IMG/VR virus record: IMGVR_UViG_2737471844_000002
Location: 1-64,000 of that record
Source of the DNA: a virus
Lineage: Duplodnaviria > Heunggongvirae > Uroviricota > Caudoviricetes
Strand: one strand, 5' to 3'
Length of the DNA stretch: 64,000 nt
A model generated the notes under the pieces. It saw only the letters and a list, made by a program, of their open reading frames with translations. It was not told the DNA's origin and made no database searches. Position 1 is the first letter of the stretch; the number at the start of each line of letters is the position of its first letter. Positions 39,066 to 48,104 of this stretch are shown one piece after another. The position numbers were made by a program, and so were the translations under genes.

Positions 39066-39994
39066 TGCAGAATTTAATTCCTCCGGTGAATACGCCGGAT
39101 CAATTGTTTCACGATGGTGACCCCACTCAGGGCATTGAGGGCACTATTGTTTATGCTGAACACATGAATAATCAGCAGGGAGCCATTCGTGACCTGCAAC
39201 AGGAAATTATTAATGTGCTCCGTGCGGCTGATATATCACCGGACCCGAAGAAACAAAATCAACTGCTTGATGCTATATCGCAATATGTCGGGAAAAAAGT
39301 TCCTGACGCATCATTAACGAAGAAGGGCATCGTTCAGCTCAGTAGCGCAACAGACAGTGATTCAGAAACGGAAGCAGCCACACCAAAGGCAGTAAAATCA
39401 CTGGCGGAAAAAATAACAGAATTGCAGGGAGTGGCTTTACCGGTAGGTACCCCAATACCGTGGCCGTCTGATTCAGTGCCACCCGGCTATGCCTTAATGC
39501 AGGGGCAGAGCTTTGATAAAGGCTCTTACCCTAAACTTGCAGCTGCCTACCCATCCGGGATTATCCCGGATATGCGGGGCTGGACAATTAAGGGTAAGCC
39601 TGCCAGTGGTCGTGCTGTATTGTCTCAGGAGCAGGACGGCATTAAATCACACGCCCACAGTGCCAGTGCATCCAGTACGGATTTGGGGACGAAAACCACA
39701 TCGTCGTTTGACTACGGAACTAAATCAACAAATAACACAGGTGGTCATAATCACGGTGTTGGTGAAAATGTTTCTGTCAGTGCCGGCAGTGGCAAAACAG
39801 TAAATATGAGTACCGGCACCGTAAATCTTTACACCAAATCTGCTGGCGCTCATGCGCACACTGTCGGCATTGGTGCTCATGTGCACACTGTTGCTATTGG
39901 TTCACACGGACACACCGTCACTGTTAACGCTACTGGTAACGCAGAAAACACCGTCAAAAACATCGCATTTAACTATATTGTGAGGCTTGCATAA
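39065..39994 (+). CDS. Tail fibre protein
   Basis: [21 protein letters not shown] collar motif; Gly/Thr/His-rich C-terminus; segment shared with the P2-like H gene. Confidence 0.8.
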   Translation: MQNLIPPVNTPDQLFHDGDPTQGIEGTIVYAEHMNNQQGAIRDLQQEIINVLRAADISPDPKKQNQLLDAISQYVGKKVPDASLTKKGIVQLSSATDSDSETEAATPKAVKSLAEKITELQGVALPVGTPIPWPSDSVPPGYALMQGQSFDKGSYPKLAAAYPSGIIPDMRGWTIKGKPASGRAVLSQEQDGIKSHAHSASASSTDLGTKTTSSFDYGTKSTNNTGGHNHGVGENVSVSAGSGKTVNMSTGTVNLYTKSAGAHAHTVGIGAHVHTVAIGSHGHTVTVNATGNAENTVKNIAFNYIVRLA

Positions 39995-40569
39995 TGACTT
40001 TTAAAATGAGCGATAAAGCACGGACCATGCGTGTATTTAATTTTCTTGAAGATACAAAAGAATTTATCGGCAGTGGTGACGCTTATATACCGCCTCATAC
40101 CGGATTACCCGCAAACTGTACGGATATTGTACCGCCGGAAATTCCCGAAGGTTTTACGGCAATGTTTGATACTGCTGACAATTCATGGCGTCTGGTAGAA
40201 GACCATCGGGGGGAAACAGTTTATTCAACGGAAACCGGAAATGCAGTCCCGATATCTGAACTGGGGGAACTTCCTGAAAATGTCACATTTATTGCACCAG
40301 ACGGAGAATACCAGCGCTGGGATGGCAGTCAGTGGGTGACGGATGAAGAGGCGAAGCGTGATGCGCTGATTAATCAGGCGGCAGAAAAGAAAACCAGCCT
40401 GCTGAAACAGACTGGAGAACAAATCGCAATCTTACAGGATGCTGTTGATTTTGGTGAAGCAACACCAGAGGAACAGGAGCAACTGACAGCCCTCAGAAAA
40501 TTACGAATAAAGTTAAATCGTATTCAACCGGAAAATGCACCAGATATCGACTGGTCAGACTTTGAATAA
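39994..40569 (+). CDS. Tail fibre assembly chaperone
   Basis: Directly follows the fibre gene (ATGA overlap). Confidence 0.7.
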   Translation: MTFKMSDKARTMRVFNFLEDTKEFIGSGDAYIPPHTGLPANCTDIVPPEIPEGFTAMFDTADNSWRLVEDHRGETVYSTETGNAVPISELGELPENVTFIAPDGEYQRWDGSQWVTDEEAKRDALINQAAEKKTSLLKQTGEQIAILQDAVDFGEATPEEQEQLTALRKLRIKLNRIQPENAPDIDWSDFE

Positions 40570-40614
40570 ATTCCACAGCCGCCAGCAGGCGGCTTTTTAT
40601 CATTCAGAGGCTCT

Positions 40615-42039
40615 ATGTCTGTATTAATTTCAGGGGCGCTGATTAATGGCGCTGGCGTTCCGATGGCGGAATGCAAAATTTATTTAGATGCACTGGTTAA
40701 TACCAGTGAAGTGGTCACTGAGTCATTTGCGGTTATTGAAACCGATGCGGCGGGACAGTATGCCTTTGAAGCACAAAAAGGCAAATACACCGTACACATC
40801 AAGCAAAAGAACGGCCCCAAGTGCTGCGTGGGTGACATTTCGGTTTACGACGACTCAAAGCCCGGCACGCTGAACGACTTTCTGACTGCCCTTGATGAAA
40901 GCGATTTAAAGCCGGATGTAGTGAAACGCTTTGAGGAACTGGCGCAACAGGCACAGCAGAGCGCGGAAGCCGCCGCTGGCAGCGAACAACAGGCAGGACA
41001 ACACGCCACTGATGCACAGCAGATTAAGGCCGACTGTCAGGCGCTGGCGAAAGACGTACAGCAGAACGCCGACGCGGTTGCGGAGGGTAAACAACAGGTC
41101 GAAAATCTGGTCTCACAGGTTGAGAATGCCGCCGAGGAGGTAAAAAAGGACGCTGAAGCTGCTAAACAGGCCGCATCTGATGCAGAGCATGTCAGGGAGG
41201 ATATTGACACCGCGTTATCTGCGACACTGAAAACGGCGAATCGTTTATCAGAGCTGGCTGATGAAGGTGAAGAGGCTCAGCAGGAATCCCGTGATAATCT
41301 TGGACTGAAAAGCGCTGCCACAATGACGCCACAGAGCGACATTCGTGACCGGACTGAAGGTCGTCTGGCGACACCTGGCGCATTTGGTTTTGGGCATATT
41401 TTTTTGCCCGCAGAGCGGATCCGTTTTAACACAGAGGATGATTTTCTGTCCTGGGTAAGGAATGCGACGCCGGGTGAATATTTTGTTGAGGGTGGCAGTA
41501 AAATCATATCCGGAGGTGTGTTGTTTAACGGGGTGGTCAGCATCCGGTGGGTTGAGGCACGCAATAATCCACCGGAACCGCGATATACATCAAAGGCCAT
41601 TATTTTCTACGGTATCAATGGCGATGTTTATTACAGCCGCTACTGGACAACAGGTAATGGTTATCTGACTGGCTGGGAAAATCTGAAAATTACCTCACAG
41701 GACATTATCTCTCTTCTGTCCGGTATTGCTCCCGGTACCACGGACGGCTGGTACGGTGCAGGCAGTCTTGTACTGGCGGCTTATAACGGTAAGGGAGACG
41801 CAGACACCGACCGCCGGATAAAACGCGGTTACAGCTATCCGGGGTCACGCCTGAGCGCGGTTGAATTTATGTGTCACGGCACGACCGGTAGCGGGGTTGG
41901 ATATAACGGCAGCGTTTCCGTATATGTGCGGAGTTCTGGTGGTGGTATGCCGGGGTCATATCGGGCACTGTCAGGTGATGGGCTCGGGTCTGCCGGGTCA
42001 GCCAGTGTCATGATTGGTTTGTTCATACGTATTGCGTAG
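40615..42039 (+). CDS. Second tail fibre-like protein
   Basis: Long Ala/Gln-rich coiled coil then Gly-rich C-terminal domain; followed by a second chaperone. Confidence 0.55.
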   Translation: MSVLISGALINGAGVPMAECKIYLDALVNTSEVVTESFAVIETDAAGQYAFEAQKGKYTVHIKQKNGPKCCVGDISVYDDSKPGTLNDFLTALDESDLKPDVVKRFEELAQQAQQSAEAAAGSEQQAGQHATDAQQIKADCQALAKDVQQNADAVAEGKQQVENLVSQVENAAEEVKKDAEAAKQAASDAEHVREDIDTALSATLKTANRLSELADEGEEAQQESRDNLGLKSAATMTPQSDIRDRTEGRLATPGAFGFGHIFLPAERIRFNTEDDFLSWVRNATPGEYFVEGGSKIISGGVLFNGVVSIRWVEARNNPPEPRYTSKAIIFYGINGDVYYSRYWTTGNGYLTGWENLKITSQDIISLLSGIAPGTTDGWYGAGSLVLAAYNGKGDADTDRRIKRGYSYPGSRLSAVEFMCHGTTGSGVGYNGSVSVYVRSSGGGMPGSYRALSGDGLGSAGSASVMIGLFIRIA

Positions 42040-42046
42040 GTGTTTT

Positions 42047-42613
42047 ATGGAAATAAAACGCATCGAAAATGCGCGTTATCTTGAAAATGGCGCGATTGAC
42101 TGCGGGGTGTTGTTTGATGGCATGGATGAACCGGTTCCGTATACGGCAACTGCCACGGATACAGCAGAGACAGGGCAGCGAGTCTGGCAGGAGCTGCAAA
42201 GTGGGAGATGGGGAGAAATAACGCCGTTCACCGTCACGCCAGAGATGCTGGAAGCAGCAAAAGCAGCCAAACGCCGGGAAATTGAAGCATGGCGCACAGA
42301 ACAGGAGGCGCAGCCATTCATTTTTGAATGGAACGGCCATAGCTGGAACGGGGGACCGGATTCTATGGCCCGTCTTTACCCGGTGGTGATGTCAGCAAAA
42401 TCAGTCACGGCACGGAAATCTATGGTATGGGGTGATGCGGAAAATCAGCAGGTAAAGTTGTCAATGCAACAACTGGATGAACTGCTTACTGCAATGGTTC
42501 AGGCGCAGGTCGATCGCAATGACGAGATTTATCGCCGTCAGCGGGAGATGAAGGAAACACTGGCGGGGCTGGATGACCTGAACACCATCAGAAGTCTGCC
42601 CATCAGTGAATAA
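42047..42613 (+). CDS. Second tail fibre assembly chaperone
   Basis: Position after the second fibre gene. Confidence 0.65.
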   Translation: MEIKRIENARYLENGAIDCGVLFDGMDEPVPYTATATDTAETGQRVWQELQSGRWGEITPFTVTPEMLEAAKAAKRREIEAWRTEQEAQPFIFEWNGHSWNGGPDSMARLYPVVMSAKSVTARKSMVWGDAENQQVKLSMQQLDELLTAMVQAQVDRNDEIYRRQREMKETLAGLDDLNTIRSLPISE

Positions 42614-42649
42614 AAACGTAAGTGGTCAAATAAAGTGCTGTATCACCTT

Positions 42650-42735
42650 ATTTTGCGCTTTATTCTGGATTTTTTTTATTATGTCAACCGTTCAAAATAA
42701 AGCGCTAAATAGTCCAGAAAAAATCGCGAAGTTAC
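42650..42735. repeat. Right end of the Mu-like element with inverted copy of the terminal motif (AGTCCAGAA at 42711..42719)
   Basis: Reverse complement of the right terminus matches the left terminus in register at 17 of 26 positions when the right terminus is taken as 42736. Confidence 0.5.
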
Positions 42736-42740
42736 ACACG
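42736..42740. repeat. Target-site duplication ACACG, right copy
   Basis: Identical to 5862..5866. Confidence 0.6.
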
Positions 42741-45291
42741 CGGCGCGGTGGATGAAGCCATGGCCTCGCTGCGCCTGCTGCCGTCCTATCTGCGCGATCC
42801 GCTTATTCGCCACCTCTCCTTCCTTCGCAAAAAACAGGAAGCCGATCGCCGGAAAGGCAAAAAGAGCTGGCAGGCGGAACGCTATGCACGCGGAACCCTG
42901 CGCAAAATATTCGAACGTCTGGATCGCACTGACGGACGCTGGCTGACACCGGGTTATCGCTCCCTTGCCGGACGCGAACGCCTGGACGATTTGCTTTACC
43001 TGCCGCAGCTCAACAAACACCAGATACAGACGTTGGCCACCATGACGGCGGCGATGTTCAGCAGCACCTTCGAAAAGCTCTGCGATGGCTTTGGCGCCAG
43101 AGATGGCGAGCTGACCATGGATGTAATGTTGAAGGCTTACCGGATGCTGGCTCGTATCGCATTACGCCTGCACATCATGCCGCCACATTACGAAGCCCTG
43201 AACAAGAGCGAACCGGATACGGAACTGCTGCCGGGCGCAATCCTTCGCCTGACCTGTGCGGACTGGTGGAAACGCAAACTGTGGCTGTTACGTTGCGAGT
43301 GGAGAGAAGAACAACTCCGCGCCGCCTGTCTGGTTTCCAGAAAAACATCGCCTTATCTGAGCCAGGACGCGTTAAGCGAGTTTCGCGCACAGCGCGAGAA
43401 AACACGCGATTTCCTGAAAAGTTTCATGCTGGAAAACGAAGACGGGTTCACGATTGATCTCGAGACAGTGTATTACGCGGGAGTAAGTAACCCGGTTCAC
43501 CGTAAGGCAGAAATGATGGCCACCATGAAGGGGCTGGAACTTCTGGCCGAAGCCCGTGGTGACAAAGCGGTGTTTCTGACTGTCACCTGCCCGTCAAAAT
43601 ACCACGCAACAACGGAGAACGGTCATCCGAATCCCAAATGGAACGGGGCCACCATGCGCGACTCCAGCGATTACCTGGTTAACACGTTTTTTGCGGCGGT
43701 CCGCAAGAAACTGAACCGCGACGGCCTGCGCTGGTATGGCATCCGCACGGTGGAGCCTCACCATGACGGCACCGTGCACTGGCATATGATGGTCTTTGCC
43801 CATCCGGAAGAAATCGACACCATTGTGTCCCACACCCGCGATATTGCCATTCAGGAAGATCGTCACGAGCTGGGCGATGATATTACTCCGCGCTTTAAGG
43901 CGGAGTATGTCGACGGCTCAAAAGGCACGCCAACCAGCTACATCGCCACCTACATCGGAAAAAACCTGGACAGCCGCGCCGTGGATGGCATCGCCCCGAA
44001 AACAGGCAAACCACGCGTTGACCACGAAACCGGAAAATCAATGGCCGAGAGCGTGGAGCGCGCCATCGGCTGGGCGCGCCTTCACCGGGTCCGCCAGTTC
44101 CAGTTCTTTGGCATCCCCTCCCGTCAGGTGTGGCGTGAACTGCGCCGCCTTGCCAGCCAGATGGCACGCAACCCGGAAGGCCCGCAACGGCTGAAGGACG
44201 ACGCAATGGATGCGGTACTCGCTGCCGCTGATGCCGGGTGTTTTGCCTCCTACATTGAAAAACAGGGTGGCGTACTTGTTCCACGCAAGGACTACCTGAT
44301 TCGCACCGCCTACGACCTCGCAGATGAGCTGAACGATTACGGCGAACAGAGCGTACAGATTTACGGGATCTGGTCACCACTCATCGGGGAATCCTCCCGT
44401 GTGTGCACGCACCCGGATAACTGGAAGCTGGTAAGACGTAAACCGGAAGCGGAAGACAGCGCCCGCGAAAATTGTTTTGACCTTCAGGGCGGCCCTGCCG
44501 CCCCTTGGACTCGTGGCAATAACTGTCCCCGTGTACAGGAAACGGACAACAACGGGACAGAACAGCCGGAAGAACGGCCAGCACCGTGGCCGCAGCTTCC
44601 TGACGGCGTTGATGTGGATGAATGGATGCGCTCACTGAAACGGCACGAACGCCGGGCGCTGATGCGTTCGCTGCGTGACAAACAGGCCAAAAACAGCAGT
44701 GATGAAATGCAGAACTGGACACAGAGCCGCAAACAGCCACAGCCTTTGCCTGATAAACACGAATTACTCGCTAAAGAATGGCGGGAGTCTGCCGAATCTC
44801 TCGGCCTGCATATCGGTGAACAGCAGATGCAGCACCTGTTACGGGGCGGCAGCCTGTACGTTGACGGCAGCATCATTGCACCGCAGGGATTTGAAATTGT
44901 ACGCAAACCGGATACCCGCCCGGACAGCCGAATCACGCAGCTCTGGCAGCGCCTGAGCCGTAATCACGGCGTAAGCAGCACGGAGATCCGCCATAACCCG
45001 GTCGCCAGCTATCTGGCACAGCTCGGGGCATCAGACCCCGAAGCCGCCGCACGCCTGGCATCCACACTTCAGCAGGACCAGAACACCATGAAAACACCCG
45101 TTACCGTGCTTTCTGACATGCTGCGCGCCATTCGTGACGCAGAGCACGCACAGAGAATCAGTGAAACCACTGAACACGCCCGCCGCAAAGCAGACCTGCT
45201 GCGGGGTAGCCTGACCAGTGGCAACAAAAAACAGACAGAAACGGGATTCACAAATCCCGCAAATGAGCAAAAAACGCGCCGCGATATATGA
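42741..45291 (+). pseudogene. A: Replication initiator gene A (P2 gpA-like rolling-circle endonuclease), 3-prime part separated from its 5-prime end by the Mu-like insert
   Basis: TVTCPSKYH and VEPHHDGTVHWHMMVF motifs match my recollection of P2 gpA; frame continuous with 5610..5866. Confidence 0.8.
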
Positions 45292-45367
45292 AGCGCGCAC
45301 AAAACAGGCGAAAGCGGGATTTAAAAATCCCGTAAACGGTTAATTAACCAACATAAGGAAAATCGAC

Positions 45368-46327
45368 ATGAAAATTTGTATCGACGACGGCTCCACCAAC
45401 ATCAAGCTGGCATGGACTGAAAACGGCGAACGCCGCAACGCCATCAGCCCGAACAGCTTCAAGTCGGAATGGTCTGCGCCGTTCGGTGGCTCGCAGCCTG
45501 CGAACTACATGCTTGATGGCGTGCGCTATGGTTTTGATCCGGTCAGCGATCGCTTTGTCCAGACGACCGACACGCAATACCAGTACAGCGATGTGAATGT
45601 CATTGCCATTCATCACGCGCTGGTCAAATCAGGCATCACGCCACAGGAAGTGGATGTTGTTGTCACCCTGCCACTGAGCGAATATTTCGACACTAACGCC
45701 CAGCCGGACATGGCCAACATCAACCGCAAAAAAGCGAACGTTATGCGCCCGGTGGAGTACCAGAACGGTGAGGCATTCACTATCCGTAACGTGCGGGTTA
45801 TGCCTGAATCCATTCCGGCTGGCTTTAAGGCACTGGCTGACATGAGTCCGTTTGAATCCCTGCTGATTGTGGATTTGGGCGGAACCACGCTGGATGTGGC
45901 AAAGGTTCAGGGGCAACTGGCAGGTATCAGCCAGGTGTTTTGCGATCCACACGTAGGCGTTTCTCTGATGGCCGATGCCGTACTGTCGGTGATGGCCACT
46001 AACGGTATGCGCACCAGTCACCACATAGCCAATACCATTATCGAACATCGCCATGATGAAGCCTGGCTGCGCCAGCACATCCACAATGACGCGCATTACG
46101 CCAGCCTGATGGCGGTTATTCGTGAAAAGGAAGAAACACTGAAACAACGTGTTATCCGCGCGCTGGCGGTTTTTTCGGGTTACGGGCGGGTGATGGTTGT
46201 CGGTGGAGGGGCGGAGATTGTGGCACCCGCTATCCGCGAAGCCTGCGGAGTTAATGCGACTTTCATCGCGGACGGGGTGCCACAGTTTGCTCTGGTTAAT
46301 GGGCTGTACGCAATGGACAAGGAGTAA
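45368..46327 (+). CDS. parM: ParM/StbA-like actin-type partition ATPase
   Basis: IDDGSTNIKL...ISPNSFK.EW...QYSDVNVIAIHHAL..SG....EVD...TLPL matches ParM/StbA as I recall it. Confidence 0.75.
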   Translation: MKICIDDGSTNIKLAWTENGERRNAISPNSFKSEWSAPFGGSQPANYMLDGVRYGFDPVSDRFVQTTDTQYQYSDVNVIAIHHALVKSGITPQEVDVVVTLPLSEYFDTNAQPDMANINRKKANVMRPVEYQNGEAFTIRNVRVMPESIPAGFKALADMSPFESLLIVDLGGTTLDVAKVQGQLAGISQVFCDPHVGVSLMADAVLSVMATNGMRTSHHIANTIIEHRHDEAWLRQHIHNDAHYASLMAVIREKEETLKQRVIRALAVFSGYGRVMVVGGGAEIVAPAIREACGVNATFIADGVPQFALVNGLYAMDKE

Positions 46328-46331
46328 ACCA

Positions 46332-46643
46332 ATGACGACTCCAACCAGACGGATAAGTTTCTATCTGAAGCCCACCGCCGTCAAGAACGAAGGAGAAGCA
46401 TGCGCCTGGCTGGACAGCCTTACACCAGAAGCCCGCAAAAGCGGCCAACGCGTGGCTTTTCTGGCCGGGCTGGCACTTCTGAAAATGAATCCGGCAGAGG
46501 CTTACCGACTGGCTGCATGGGCTGATGATGAGGTGTTATCAGTGACACAAACCAAGACAGAACGCCCCGCGTCACAGCCAGTATCAACCGCACAGATAAC
46601 CAGTCAGATGGCCGGAAATATCCGGGCGTTATTTCCTGAATAA
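46332..46643 (+). CDS. ParR/StbB-like partition adaptor candidate
   Basis: Small protein 4 nt after the parM-like gene. Confidence 0.4.
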   Translation: MTTPTRRISFYLKPTAVKNEGEACAWLDSLTPEARKSGQRVAFLAGLALLKMNPAEAYRLAAWADDEVLSVTQTKTERPASQPVSTAQITSQMAGNIRALFPE

Positions 46644-47021
46644 CATCAGGGCGTATTCGCCCTGCCACCAATCCCATAACATAAAGAACGGGGTGCAAAT
46701 CACTATGCACCCCGTTCCAATACAAACCATCAGAAGATCTACACATCTTTCTCAAATGGCCAAGTAATCGAGCTGGTTCAGGAATAAGCAGGCTGCCAAC
46801 ACAAGTGAAGGAGATAAAACTGTAGAACTGATCAATCGTTGGAAACAAGTATTGACAGTATGTTCGAGTAACCCAACTGGATAGATTTTATGCTGATTAT
46901 CCATACAGTAAAAAAGTGAGGATACTCTTTGAATTACGCCAGCAAGAGTGGTAACATTAGTCAATGATTTTCATTAATGTAGTTACCAGCTTACACAAGC
47001 TGATGTTTTATTGGGGGTTTT

Positions 47022-48104
47022 ATGGTAAACGTGAGGGAGGATGAACTTTTCAAACTCATCGAGCAAGGCATCAAAGGCAACGCAAATGCATTTACACTCC
47101 TATGCAGAAAGATGATTAACAACATCCGTAAAAATGATGAGGCTTTAGCTTCTAAGCTGGCTTCGTTAGTTGCTGAGGGAACAGTATTACGTGGGGCATC
47201 TAGTAAGGCTCCTATGCCTGTGGATGGAGACTCCAGACGAAACCTTTTGCAGGAAACATCTGTCAACGCAATTGTTGAAGAACCTGTATGGAATACGGAT
47301 ATCTCAAAGAAGCTGGAGTCAATTGTTAACGAAAGAGAGAATGCGGTTTCTTTGTTCAAAGCTGGTCTTGAACCTGTGAAGACGGTTTTACTTTCTGGCC
47401 CGCCAGGCGTAGGCAAAACAATGTCCGCACATTGGCTTGCTGCAAAGTTAAATTTACCTCTTTTAACATTGGATCTCTCATCTGTAATGAGTTCTCTTTT
47501 GGGAAAAACAGGTAATAATATTAAATCCGTTATGGATTATGCCAAAGAGAAACCATGTGTCCTTTTGCTTGATGAATTTGATGCTGTTGCAAAAAGACGT
47601 GATGATGACAGGGACGTTGGAGAATTAAAACGTTTAGTTACTGTACTCCTACAGACCATAGATGAGTGGCCAGCGACCTCGCTTCTTGTTGCTGCGACTA
47701 ATCACCCTGATATCTTAGATCCGGCTGTTTGGCGTCGATTTGAGCACATCCTTAAATTTAATATGCCATCAGTAGAACTGATAGATAGATATTTAGTCAA
47801 TCATAATATTGAACCTGAACTATCTAAAAAACTTGCACCATTATTAGATGGCATGTCCTTTGCCATCATTAACCGTATTTTGAATTTCTCCAAAAAGAAT
47901 GAGGTACTTAGAAATATTCCATTTGAAAGCTCATTAATAGAAGCCGTAATTACGGAGAGGGTTTCATTGGATGAGTTTAGCGATAATGATCTCAATATAA
48001 TTAAATATCATTTTGACGGTTTTTCAAATAGGAAGATAGCTGAATTAGTTGGTGTTTCACATCCAACAATCGCGAATAAATTACAAAAGTGGGGGATTAA
48101 ATGA
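47022..48104 (+). CDS. AAA+ ATPase with C-terminal HTH (IetA-like)
   Basis: Walker A GPPGVGKT, Walker B LLLDEFD, sensor/Arg-finger ATNHPDILDPAVWRRF, C-terminal NRKIAELVGVSHPTIANKL; AT-rich. Confidence 0.85.
   Translation: MVNVREDELFKLIEQGIKGNANAFTLLCRKMINNIRKNDEALASKLASLVAEGTVLRGASSKAPMPVDGDSRRNLLQETSVNAIVEEPVWNTDISKKLESIVNERENAVSLFKAGLEPVKTVLLSGPPGVGKTMSAHWLAAKLNLPLLTLDLSSVMSSLLGKTGNNIKSVMDYAKEKPCVLLLDEFDAVAKRRDDDRDVGELKRLVTVLLQTIDEWPATSLLVAATNHPDILDPAVWRRFEHILKFNMPSVELIDRYLVNHNIEPELSKKLAPLLDGMSFAIINRILNFSKKNEVLRNIPFESSLIEAVITERVSLDEFSDNDLNIIKYHFDGFSNRKIAELVGVSHPTIANKLQKWGIK

Larger units (their letters stand above)
5867..42735. mobile_element. Mu-like transposable prophage, about 36.9 kb (boundaries plus or minus 1 bp)
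   Basis: c-like repressor, ner, transposase A, ATPase B, Mor-like activator, Mu-type head and tail gene order; termini share an inverted motif; 5-bp flanking direct repeat. Confidence 0.85.

Noticed and set aside
42679-43020. 113-aa minus-strand ORF at the right junction
   Set aside because: Antisense to the start of the gene A body and spanning the element boundary; no independent support.
42748-45291. Gene A as an independent intact gene starting at GTG 42748
   Set aside because: The frame is continuous upstream to the insertion junction and joins the 5610 ORF in frame once the Mu-like element is removed, so this is better read as the distal part of a split gene.
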